A program made the position numbers and the translations under genes. 64,000 nucleotides of DNA, taken from NCBI GenBank assembly GCA_025786725.1, contig JAHLTZ010000004.1, positions 434,001-498,000 of the forward strand. Reading direction: 5' to 3'. Of the stretch, positions 52,133 through 64,000 are shown piece by piece (position 1 is the first letter of the stretch; each line of letters opens with the position of its first letter). Source of the DNA: Syncephalis fuscata S228. Lineage: Eukaryota; Fungi; Zoopagomycota. The notes under the pieces are model-generated. The model was not told where the DNA came from. It was given only the letters and a program-made list of their open reading frames with translations, and did not search any database.

Positions 52133-54504
52133 ATCGATGATCTCAACAACAGTGCGTTAGCTGTTCGCTAATAACACCGGCAATAGTGATGATAAGAGTG
52201 ATAGGCGTACGTTCGACGTAAACAGAACGAACTAGTCGAAATGCTATGCTGGTTGCCTATGCCAAGAGGGCCTTTACTAACTAGAATCGAGTATAAACAA
52301 AGATGGCAATAGATTAGGAAAGGACTGTATATATTAATACTAGATGACCATTACACAGGGCAATGGAGGCTAGTAAGACGTGGTTTGCTGATTACAAATA
52401 GCTATACAAATAAAGCCAATAGGAACAAAGAGGAATGACAGACAGTGGTGTAAAGGAAAGTAAAGTGGCGAAGAAAGAGAGAGAGAGAGTAGTGGAGAGG
52501 GATAAACAAGTAGAGTAGTGAAGAGTGTGAGTGAAGAGTGAAGAGAGGCAGAAAAGGGTGAAATAAGGTCTGTAGAGTGGTCTATACTGGTCAGAGCAGC
52601 GATTAGAGACACATGTGCCAATCAAACAATTAGAGTAGATTAATACAATAAAGAGAAATTAATATAAAATGTGTACCTAAGAGCCAACTTATGAATAGTA
52701 AAAGCTATGGACAACAGATACGCTCATCCATCCCTACACCTTTGTACATAGGCACATCTAACACATACAGCAGATACAGCCTACAATACAGTAATATCTG
52801 TTTGTTCGCTGCTGTCTACTGATCGATGTTCTGGCCAGAGGCGACCATCTGATTGGTTACGCGTGTATTTCATCAACCACGCGCTACGCCTTTAATGTAT
52901 TTCGGTGCCAACATGTGTATTGTTGTCATTGTGATTATCGGGTGTACACGTATAAATGATGTGTTACCATTGCTATGAGTGCTGTATACCAAATTATAAA
53001 CGATAGCAATCATAGTTATAATAGCTATGGTGGCAATAATAATATGTATAACATGAAACGATATACCTGGTACCATTAAACAACGGATTGGCACGTGCAT
53101 ACTAGCCACTCGAAGTCATTCTATAGGCCACATCTTACAAATGCAATGCATTACTCACACTTACCTATTTGTTTGTTAATAACCGTTAAGCAACTGTGAC
53201 TATTTTTATAGCGAATCTCGACGATAAAAGAATAGCGGATTGTGGTTCAAAAAGTACAACGTTGAAAGGAGTGCCGCTATTATACTACAGCTACTACAAC
53301 TACTACAATGATTAAAAGATTCAACGCAAAACTGAAGGCGTTAGCGGTAGTATCGTCGCAAGTAGTCAATAATAAAAGTGACAAGGAATCACAGTAATAG
53401 CAAGATACGAATAAGAATAGAGGAGAGAGAGGAGAGAAGCGTGCGTGGCTGTAGAAGCAACGACAAATAAAACGTTTGCAATTGCAGTAGCCACCACTCT
53501 GTCCAGAAAAGAATAGGACTCTGCTAGACGATGAAGGCAATGACCAACTGGACTATAGTGTCGCAAATAGCTATAGGTGTCGTCGTAACAGAGTTGGCAA
53601 CAATAGAATAGTAGTAATAATAGTGTAATAATAGTAGTAAATAGCAGCAGCGATGGCAACAGAGGACAAGAGGCGACAGCTGACACAGAAAAAACCGTAG
53701 AAAGAAAGGCGAGACAAACGAGTAAACGAGTGGCCGGCTGTAAGACTTTGACCAAACTCCGTTCTCTAAAGCGTTTATGGCTACACAAACTAATCCAGAT
53801 ATGCAGAGTGCCGTGTTTCACTCTCGATACGGCATCGATTCATACATTAACAATAGTTTCCCAAGTTGTAATCAGTATTTTCTTCTTTAAATGACTTTTA
53901 TTCCTCCACACGTTCTTCTTCCGACCACGTGGCTACCGTTAAACGGTAAAAGGTTGAAACTAAGTTTATAATGGTTGGCTGAATAACGTAGCTCTCACCT
54001 AAGCGCGGTCACAGCGAGTGCCGAGTGGATGCAGCATGACCTCAAGGCGATGCATTGTAGTCACGGCCATCGCGGTGATGGCATCCAGAAGAAATTAATG
54101 GCGTACAAGTACAACTTGTGACCGTCTAGTAATTAATGAAAATTCAATTACGGCGAAAAAGGAAAACAGCATTTGGCATTGGCAAAAATAGTATTTGTCG
54201 GACATGTAAACAATAAAAACAAGCCAAAAAGGCAATACTTTATTTAGATGGCATCGCGCAGTGCCTCGGACAATTAATGCCGTTTTTCCAATAATATGTG
54301 TTAATGAAAATGATCTGTTCTTATAGGCTTTTTAATTGCATCATCGGCATTAATAAATAGTCTTTTACGTATTTGTTATCACACTCTTTTCGATCGTTTA
54401 TTAATAGTAGGCACTGGACGATACTACACGTGCGAATAGATGTAATAGGAAGAGAAGGGAGGGAGGAAGACGAAGAACATGGGATGACCTATCCTAGTAA
54501 ACAA

Positions 54505-56428
54505 TTATGGATGACCACTGGCGTGGCTAGTGTTGTTGTAGTTATAGAATCTTCCACCATCGGCTCTGGTTGGTGAGGCAGTGGCTGGTGTTGGCATATG
54601 TCCCGACATCACGGCACTGTCGCCCGAGAAGCAAGAATGAGAGCTTTTTGGTGATAGTGCCGTGTGTTTCCTATTAGCACCTGTGCCCGTTTTATTGCTG
54701 CTATCTTTAGGAGTGCCAGAACTTGGACCAAGATCGAGGATAAAGAGAAGAACAATAATGCGTATGGTGTAGCTTAGACGATTGAGAACAATACGAAATA
54801 CTTCGCCACCAACGCTATAGTAACATATGTTTACCACTTCGAGCATGGTCGCGTAAATACAAGTAAATAGCCAAAGAAGCATATTATACAAATATTTGTT
54901 ACCTAAGGTAAGTTATTACACATTAGTATTAATAATGGAATGGAGAGGTAGCAGATGTCTTACTTTAGCCAATGCATCCTGCGTTGATCGGCTAACAATT
55001 GATTTTCGCTGACGGAACCAGAAAATAATGCCTATTAATTGTGATTAAATCACCAATGTTTAAAGTAATTCATTGTTTTAACTTACCATAGTAGGTGAAT
55101 AGGGCCAATACAACATTTGGATGGTAACTACCATAATGGTAATAATTATATAGACATTGGTTCCTGATATAAAGTTGGAGACAAATCCAAAGAGAATAAA
55201 CAAAAAGAATTTGACCATGGCCATAGTGAATGAGCCAATAATGATGTATTTAACAACCTTGAGATAATGGACATTTTGCACACCTTTTACAATAGAGTGC
55301 CTATATAATTGCACAATTTTGGCATAATGTTAGTGCGGTATTGGTTGGTAAAAGAATAGCATACCACAATAAAAGTAACAGATGAAATGCAATATTTGTA
55401 AAAAACTCTAGTACATTGTCTATCCAAATATATGATGGCGTGGCTATTGGTAGTAGTATCTCGCTCATAAAACTAGTAAATAGCATTAGATACAAGCTTG
55501 TTCTACAACTTTTGTTAGACTTACGTATAGAGGAAAGGAACGCAAATGCAAATATCAATGTTCGATACTTTGACATATATCTGCCTGCTCTTATCATCTT
55601 CGTCAGTACGAATATACTACGTAGTAAGAAAAACAGGTTAAGTGCAAATAAAATGTAGATTTGGGCCTTGTAGGTCGGGGATAACATGGAGTCATTCCAT
55701 ATGCCTTGTTCTGCAAAGGTAGTTGGTCAGCGCTTACGTGATCTCAAAGCAATATACTCATAATGATAGCCTACCTTCTCTTATACTAATGGTCATTGCC
55801 GCGTTGTTTGTGTTTTTCTTACGAACGTCAGCATAATCTATTGCGCGCATAAGAGCCATAGGGATGGGCGATTGGCCGCTCGGAAACCAAAATCCGAATG
55901 TAACATAATCGGCACCATAAACACTGCCATCAACGGGCCCTCCCATATTTGCAAGGAGATAGAGCACATTTTCTATCGATACGCCTTTAATAGTTCCCGT
56001 TGATTTTTTGAATTTATAAACCGAGATACCCGGCTAAAACAGTTACATAGTATGTTATCATTTAGAAACAGTTAAACAGTAAGGCTTACATGTACAACGG
56101 TGTGGCATCCGAAAATGGATGCTTGGACAGCATCAACTACAATGGTTAGATTGACCACACCATTTGGATTTGCCGATTGATCAATGATGCTTTTAGCAGT
56201 GTCTATCATTTGTGTTGTAAGTTCGCAGTCGCCATCTTTTTTAAAGGTGGCGTTCACGGCAAGTCCAGTGATAGAGTAAAAGTCGCTGCGGAATTCAAAT
56301 AAATCCTGTGTCGGATAAGTATAGTTTTTACCGCTCACTTGGAAAGTGGCTTCTGATGCTACCAGTTGCGTGTAACAAAGCAAAAGTGTGAGCAGTCCCG
56401 CCGTAAATAAAGTGATCCAGGCTGCCAT
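54505..56428 (-). CDS. Orphan PA-like-ectodomain 7TM receptor, copy R3 (most divergent)
   Basis: Signal peptide, ATFQVSGKNYTYPTQDLFE, SPIPMALM, EQGIWND, FHLLLLLW|HSI. Same exon layout as R2. Confidence 0.82.
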
Positions 56429-56963
56429 GGTGCTTGTTAATATGCAAATAGGTGTGTTTGTTTATTGTTTGTTTGTTTGTTTGTGTATATATATATTAAC
56501 AAATATAAGCAAGTATTATTAACGATATTATAGATGAATAATAGAAGGAACTGTAAAGAGAACGAAGAATGCAACCGCCCATGTCGCAATGGTTCGTTAT
56601 CGTTGGAGCTATCATGTGGTTGGTCCATTAAGTGCACAATGGTCCAGAAACTTGTTTTAAATCGGTGCACTGCGTGTGCCTGAAATCATTGCACACCCAC
56701 CGTATACGACACCATTTATGTCAAGGAGAGGTGGGTGAGCACTGCAGTGCGCATGCTATGCACTATGCAGCCGTAGAATAATGATATAGCCTGAGTTTCA
56801 TGCGTCACAAGCTCTACCATTAATCAAGACAAGTGGGAAAATAGCTATGGTTATTCAAAAAAACAGGCTAATTCAAATAGAGCCGTCGCGCCCACATGTA
56901 AACACTTTCTGGCATAAATTACTGCTTTATTATTTATTTGACTTGTGATTGGTTATTACGATA

Positions 56964-58730
56964 TTAATCCTTGCTTTCTATCATGGTTTGTGAACTTATG
57001 GATTGCTTTGCTATTGTAGAAGATCGACAGATAAAGCCAAATACAAAAAGGAGGGCCACGCTGCGTATTACAGTTCCGAGATTATTTAATATAAGCATTA
57101 TAAGTTGAAGAGTTGGATTATTTGTTTTCATGTTGGCAAGAGCCAGTACAACTGCAATGAAAACAAGAGTAACTCCAACTGCGCATAAAATACAGATTCT
57201 TATCACCTATTCGGATTCACACGAGGTAGTCAGCGGATGAGAAGCGTATGGCGCTTTGTTATTTTCAACCTACCAAGTCTAAGGCATTTTTTGCAGTTTT
57301 GTTTGTAGTAAAATTTGATTTTTTAAACCAGAAAAAAATGTCTAGATGCGTAATAAATCAGCTTTAATGCCACTATATTGAATGTTTACGACTTACTATA
57401 TCCAGCAAATGTTAGAACTGCAATAGCCTGACATACTATTATGCTGATGACGTTTATATTGTACGTCAAAAGTCTCCAATCACTAGGCACAATATCGCTA
57501 ACCAAGCTTCCAAAAGCAATAATAGTGTTAAATAAAAGTGAGATCCATAAAAAATATTTAAATATTACAAGAATTAAGGTTTTTTTTAACTTTATCATAA
57601 GGGAGTGCCTGTTAATAGACAATTAAAGCTTAGCTTTAAGTGTGTGTTTTGGATAATTAATATATATTATATGGCTTACCATAAAAAGAAAAGAAGATGA
57701 AATGAAATGACACCGAAAAAGTTTCGAGTAATAGTCAACCAGATAAACGTTACAGATGTTTGCTTCATTGGAAGACTTATAACAGTGACTTTTATATGTT
57801 TTTTTGTTAGTTTCATCATATAATTAGCATTAGATATTCTTACTTATAGTGCTAGCAAGTCCAAACAAATATATAATCATGTGTTGGTTTAAATCAAATT
57901 GTCGTCTTTTGATAAGCCCGTATACAATTACATAGGTATACAATACAGAGACTATAGTCGCGGCCATTAAACAATATATAAACGCTTCATAGGCTTTTGA
58001 TAAAAAAATGTCATTCCAAGGTCCAAATTCTATAGAAAACATAATAATGCACCTGATTAATAAATGGACACATCTATTTAATTTTGTTGCTTTATTACCT
58101 TCATTAACCGTTGCAATAATTGCTGTGTTTAATTTTTTGCTGATACCAACAGCTTTTTGATAGTCGCTTCTTGATAATAGTGCAATATTAATTGATGAAT
58201 CACTTTGAGCGAATTCTAGATAAAATGTATAATATGGTAGAGACGTGTAGGCACCGAAATTAGGGCCGGGTTCTTGGTAGATCACATATAACATAGTGTC
58301 GATTGAAAAGCTATTTTTAGCGTTCATGTGCCGTCTAAGCTTCCCAATTGCAGTTGACGTCTAATTAGAATGTTAATAAAAATACCGCTATAATACGATA
58401 ATCGTCACCTACATAACCAATTGTTTCGCATCCACATTTGGTTGCTTCATCTTCGTCAACAACAATAATTACACTTGTGATGTTGTCCAATTTTACACTA
58501 TCCAATGCAGAACGAGCTGTATCAAGAACAGATGGCAATATTTCACATGATGCATTCATATTAAACACAGCATCTACTAAAACACCATGAGTTGTATACG
58601 GTGTAACCTCAACTTCGAACAAATCTTGTGTGTGATATTGAAATGTTTGATTGCCCACACGAACCACCGCAGCGCTAAAAACCAATGGGATGCAACATAA
58701 CAATAAAACGAACACTTTTACAACCAGCAT
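56964..58730 (-). CDS. Orphan PA-like-ectodomain 7TM receptor, copy R4
   Basis: MLVVKVFVLLLCCIPLVFS, VGNQTFQYHTQDLFEVEV, EFGPWNDIFLS, FHLLFFLW|HSL. Short C-terminal tail. Confidence 0.82.
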
Positions 58731-59357
58731 GTTTGCACAGGTCAATGTATTCGTTATATATAGTAGTGATAGTGTTAAGAAAACGTTTGTATATTTGAGA
58801 AGACAACAATGAAGATCGGCGGAGTTAATGTCAGTTCTAAACATTAAATCGACGCCCAACGTTTTATAAAGCATAGGATTAGTCCTTGTTGGCTATTCTA
58901 GTTGGTTTCAGGTTGCATAAAAGTCGCCTATACTCGAACTTCAATTGTATTCTTGGCATTCGGTATTTTTAGCTCATGTGATTGGTTTGATTATTTAATT
59001 CCATTGTCACCTATTAGAAGAATCATAAATTAGAACAATTCAATTAATTCAGACTTTACCATCTTAATACATTTTTTGTTGCTTTTACGGTCCAAATATC
59101 CATTTGGATTAATTATCACACATCTGTCTATATATACTTTATGTCTTGTGTAAACTCATGTTATATTTGTACATTTTTCAGTTACTGAATACTTGTTTTT
59201 ATATATTTTATTCTATTTATGCAGAAAAATCTACGTGTTTGGAAATAGTTTGTTGATAGTATATTACATTTGTGTTTTATAATTAAATATAATTGCTATT
59301 GTCGACATAATAAACAGCATCAAGTGATTTTTCATTACTGACAAACCATGTACTAAT

Positions 59358-61283
59358 TTAATTAGATATGGTAGTCGTGTTATAGCATATACTATCTTCG
59401 AGTACCGGTTGTACATCTGGTTGGATGTTTGACGACATGATCGCGCAAGCATGAAAAGCGCGATTATTACATATACTTTGTACTAATGTTGCAGTATTTT
59501 TTTTGTTGTTCGCTTCAATTGCCACTTTATCTTTACAGTAACCATCAGATTTTGGACGTAAATCGATAACAAAAAGAAGCACACTAATACGCACAACATA
59601 CGAGATTTTGAGAAGAACCACGCGAAAAACTTCGGCCTCAACACTATAGTTCCAGACTTTTAGATGATACAGCATATTTGCGGTAAATGCCATCAAATAT
59701 CCCAATGAAAATATTGCACATAACCTTGTTACCTAATATGCTATTGGTAAGTATTGCAACTTTATACTTTGATACTAGTATAATTACTTATACTTACTAA
59801 TAACAGTGCATGCTTTGCAGTACTATTTGCTAGTAAATCGCCTTGTTTTAACCAGAACATTATACCTAAGCACAAAGTTTAGAATTATATTATTTAGAAA
59901 TCGTATTATAGTATTACCGTAATAAACGAATGCAATGATAATATAAATTGAGATGGTGCCAAAAGAAGAGTAATGACCATATGTACTGTATCGTATACCA
60001 CAGATGCTGGAATAAATCCATAAATAGCAGATAGCACTTGATCGATAATCATAATCACAAACGAGATAATAATGCCGTAATGAAGGAAAAGTAAGTATTG
60101 GCCGTTTTTCACATTGATTGCAATTGAGTGCCTATTCATTATTATTAGTAGTAGTATTAGTATTAGTAAATTTTAATAGAGTTAGTACTATTTTTTTGTT
60201 AAAATGCACAACATACCATAGCAAAAGTAGCAAGTAGAATCCGACGGACATGAAAAATCCTTGAATAGCACTTATGCATTGGTATTTCAAACTATTTATT
60301 TTGAACGGGAATCCAATGACACACGCTAACATAGAACCAATTGATTAGTATTTTGTTAATATTAAATTGGAAAACTGTCTTACATATTGCAGCACATAGC
60401 GCAGAAATATACATCACAATATGTTGCTTAGAAATAACTCTTTTTGTTTTGATCAAGCGGTATAATACTGCAAAGTTGCATAATATAACAACTATAAGTG
60501 CAGTCAGCGTGCAATATATAAATGCTCGATAGTCAGCCGATAAAAAAACATCATTCCAAGGTCCAGGCTCTATGGATACACAGTTTATACATTAGCTAGT
60601 CTGCAGAATATGATAGCAATATCAAAGTAAAGCAATCACCTTCTTCGACAGTTACAATGACTGTTGTGCTTAAGTCATTGCTTGCATCTACGACAGTTTT
60701 ATAATCATCACATAGTAGTAGTGCAACGTTGACTGGCAGAGTGCCTTCGTAAAAGTAAGATCCCGTTCTTTTATACTTTAAGCTGTGATATGCGCCAAAA
60801 CCAGGTCCTGGTTTTGTATGAGGTATGTAAAGTGCCGTGTCAATCGAGAAGTCACTTGTATCATTTAAATGTTGCTTAAGATTAGAGATTGCAACACCCA
60901 CCTAATAATAATAATAACGATTAAAACATGCTGTTGCAATCACTACACTGATGGCTTACGTGAATAATTGTTGCACATCCGCATTCTTTTGCTTTCATCA
61001 GATCAATAACAATAGTGACGCTTGTAATGTTGTCGGATTCTACGCTATTTAATACAGATCGAGCTTTATCAAGAACAGATGTTGATATTTCGCATAATGC
61101 ATTTTCATTAAATACGGTATTAATTAGAACGCCACGAGTTGTATACGGTGCAGCTTCAACTTCAAACAAATCTTGTGTGTGATATTGAAATGTTTGATTA
61201 CCCACGCGAAACATGGCCATACCAGAGACGGACACAACAAAAAACAGCAGCGTTAAAAGTGTTATTATGCTATTCATCATCAT
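59358..61283 (-). CDS. Orphan PA-like-ectodomain 7TM receptor, copy R5 (1-bp frameshift ~59940, probably an error)
   Basis: MMMNSIITLLTLLFFVVSVSG, EPGPWNDVFLS, GFYLLLLLW|HSIA, FVYYG, VTRLCAIFSLGY. Confidence 0.82.
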
Positions 61284-61584
61284 ATAGAAACATGCAGTAC
61301 AAAAATGAATTAAACGAAAAATAGTAGAATGAACGGATAAACGATTATTTAAATTACAGAAAAGTTTCAGTGCTGTTACACTAAACTTGATAAAAGCAAG
61401 ACTTGCTCCTTGTAACTGTAGAGAACCTGTTTTGTCACTCATGAATGGCGCACGTAAGACCAGTAAGGTATACAACTGGAAACAGGGGTGTTAAATTTAG
61501 CAAAGTAGCAAAAATAATGTCCAATTACATTTATAAACGTTTCTATCAAGCAGTAATAATGAATTTGAAGTATTTGATATAAAT

Positions 61585-61680
61585 GCTAACCAAAACCAGT
61601 ATTTTGCACGTACGACAATGGTTGAATTCAAACAGATTTGAAACGAATGTTTGGATAACTTTTCAGTTCTGTTTTTGCAA
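61585..61680 (-). pseudogene. Decayed relic of the Ima1 last exon upstream of R5
   Basis: Translates as NRTEKLSKHSFQICLNSTIVVRAKYWF versus Ima1 TGLEKLFQQSFQIRDSTSITARVKQWF. Confidence 0.75.
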
Positions 61681-62446
61681 CTGTGTGTACTATTAGCGCT
61701 TAAGTTTTTCGGCGTATCAAACATCTCTACAGTAGCAATATATGTAAAACAAATCTCAGCTTTTAAGGCATTTAAAATAGCTACATTATAAAACTAAACG
61801 TGTTTAATTGATATATTGAAGTTAATAAATTGAAGTATAGCCATATGTTAATGAATCATTTATATTAAACGATTTCTAATACAAATTTGAAATATCATAT
61901 CAATTCTTTATTAAATAAATTGATTTACAGAGAGATTTATCAAGCAGCTGTAATATACAAAGCAGCTAAATCTTAGTATTTTACCAACAAATGATCAACA
62001 ATGTAATTGCTTCGTGCCTACAGTACTTGTTGTCTGAACTATTGTAAAATCACAAACGTGTAATATTTGATAAAACAATCTATCGCCGATAAGCATTGCT
62101 ATATATAGACTAAACATCGTAAACTACTATATGCAAATGCAACAAAAATCCAGCAAACATGTTTACAAAAGCAGATTTGGTATGTGCAACTCTGATCGTT
62201 ATACTTGTGAAACTGGAATACCAGGAATGACCGTTTTTATACCACGTTTATACCAATTATTTGAGTATTGCGTGTATTTGTTTCAAGTACAGATGCTATG
62301 GATGTCCGATTGGTTTCTGTGTGATAATCTATACTATAAAACAAGCAGCATTGCTACCATAGCGAATAGATACTACAACACATTTTACTTTCCAATTGAT
62401 TTACTCAGATCAGCAACGATATCTCTGCTATTACCATAACGTAAAC

Positions 62447-62667
62447 ATGCAGGCCTTTAACGTTATCGCCACCGTCTTGCCGTGGTCGCATGCATTTCAA
62501 GTAGCCAGGCTAAGCCAGCCATCTTGAATGGTCTAGCTTCACCCACCTTAAGTCTTATATCTCCAGGCGAACCATGCACTCCTAAAGGTGTCAAATGCAC
62601 TGCTGGCTACACTTGCACTGCGGACCCCAAGCAATCCAGACACTGGACATGCCAAGAGACAAAATAA
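62447..62667 (+). CDS. Small secreted 4-Cys protein (~73 aa; 1-bp frameshift ~62476)
   Basis: MQAFNVIATV(L)AVVACISSSQA signal peptide after restoring one C. Mature part has C-x6-C-x5-C-x11-C (CTPKGVKCTAGYTC...WTC). Confidence 0.65.
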
Positions 62668-62898
62668 CAACCACCGATCAAAACGAATAGAGAGCACACT
62701 CTAATAAAGTCTTACTTTTTGATTCTAAATTCTACAAAGTCAATCATTATTCATATACATGTATAACAGTTATAATGACAGTCAATATATTGTCGTGTAT
62801 TGTGGAATTAAATCATAGCCAATTCATCAACAACGTAGTGCTTAATTCTTTTATAAACTAGGGAAATAAATCAAATCTATGACCCAAAGATCATGAGA

Positions 62899-64000
62899 TT
62901 AGACGAGTGTGTGCACTGCCTCTGCAATGCTAATCTGTGCCTGCGCCATATTAGCCAAATAGGTGGTCATTAGCTGGTCTTGCAAATGATCATTGAATGC
63001 AGACTCAAATCCAGCCTCGTCAATCTTGGGCACCGAAGCAACAGCATCCATAATACGACGACCTGTCGTAGAGTCAGCCGAGACAGTACCGGCCTATATA
63101 GCCATGATGCCAATATTAGTACATATTACAGGTAATTACTGGGTAAATAATAATTATTGTCCGTACTACACTTACATTCACAGCATCAACATAGGCTGTA
63201 GTGCGATCTACCAATGCCAACACCTTACGAATGGCACGTTCCAAGTTTTCCAAATCAGTGCCCAATGGAGCCGAACGATCTTCTTTGCCACGAGCCAATG
63301 CCAACAAGTCCACTAGTCAACGTATAATTCGTCAATTATTAACGCTGTATTAATTAAAATAATTAAAATAATACTTACAACCACTGCGCTCGGCATCGTT
63401 GGCACGTACTTCACACTGGGTTGGTGTCAATAAAGAACGCTCAGCCTTTTGGGCCAATCCGACTGGTGCACTAAAGTACGCATTAATATTTCATTGTTAT
63501 AACTATCGTTCTTATACAACAATTGTTATAAATTAGCTATTTTACCTAACGAATGCCTTTAAGCCTAGACGATCGGTCGATAGACGTGTATCGAGCAACA
63601 GATGGACAGATGGTAGCTGGGTACACTCGGCCGCATACAACTCTTGTATTTCGGCTGCCTTACTTAATAGCTCATTGCCTGTAGCATACCTAACAAGTCA
63701 ATTAGTGCCGTGAACCTTTCCATATGGCTATATGCCAAATTATAACACACCAGCCAATAACGACTTCCTTCTGGTTAACACGCTGGTGCAGTTCAAACAT
63801 CGAGCGGTGGTAATCCATATCCAATGACAACTAGACACGGGCATTAGACACCACATATTTGACAATACTCGTTTAACTATTAGCTAGTTTACCTTTTTGG
63901 AATTGCTGTCGTATGGCACTGAGAACGCGTTACGTATCTCGATAACACGTCCATCATCTGATCGGACACCTAGCAGAGTGCCAACTACTTGTCGCTGATT
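62899..64000 (-). CDS. EIF3F: Translation initiation factor eIF3 subunit F (MPN domain), 5'-truncated by the window edge
   Basis: VVGTLLGVRSDDG..IEIRNAFSVP, LDMDYHRSMFELHQRVN.KEVVIGWYATG, SFNDHLQDQLMTTYLAN. Confidence 0.88.

Noticed and set aside
54067-54083. Small hairpin gccatcgcggtgatggc as an ncRNA
   Set aside because: Too short to be distinguishable from chance. No tRNA or rRNA was recognised anywhere in the window.

Overview
AT-rich eukaryotic DNA with many short GT-AG introns, most consistent with an early-diverging fungus (Zoopagomycota/Mucoromycota-like; this is an inference). Recognisable conserved genes are a LaeA-like SAM methyltransferase, MPP10, dihydroxyacetone kinase, a Tag1/DUF3712-like protein, glutamate-cysteine ligase modifier subunit, eIF2-alpha, two G-protein alpha subunits, Ima1/TMEM201, mitoribosomal mS38/Cox24, SCPx-type thiolase and a partial eIF3f. 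The main unexplained system is a family of orphan receptors: signal peptide + PA-domain-like ectodomain + E-x-G-[PI]-W-N-D linker + 7 predicted TM helices. It has five full copies (R1-R5) and one fragment, lying near the two G-alpha genes. The copies are sequence mosaics of each other (shared near-identical introns, an apparently swapped ectodomain exon), two of them carry a relic of the Ima1 3' end upstream, and the region contains two pairs of near-identical inverted repeats. Also notable are a 2-TM protein with DEG/ENaC/PAC-like motifs and several secreted low-complexity or Cys-rich proteins. Many genes, including the essential MPP10, show 1-bp losses in short homopolymers, so most frameshifts are probably assembly errors. 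Exon boundaries and identities were judged by eye and are approximate.
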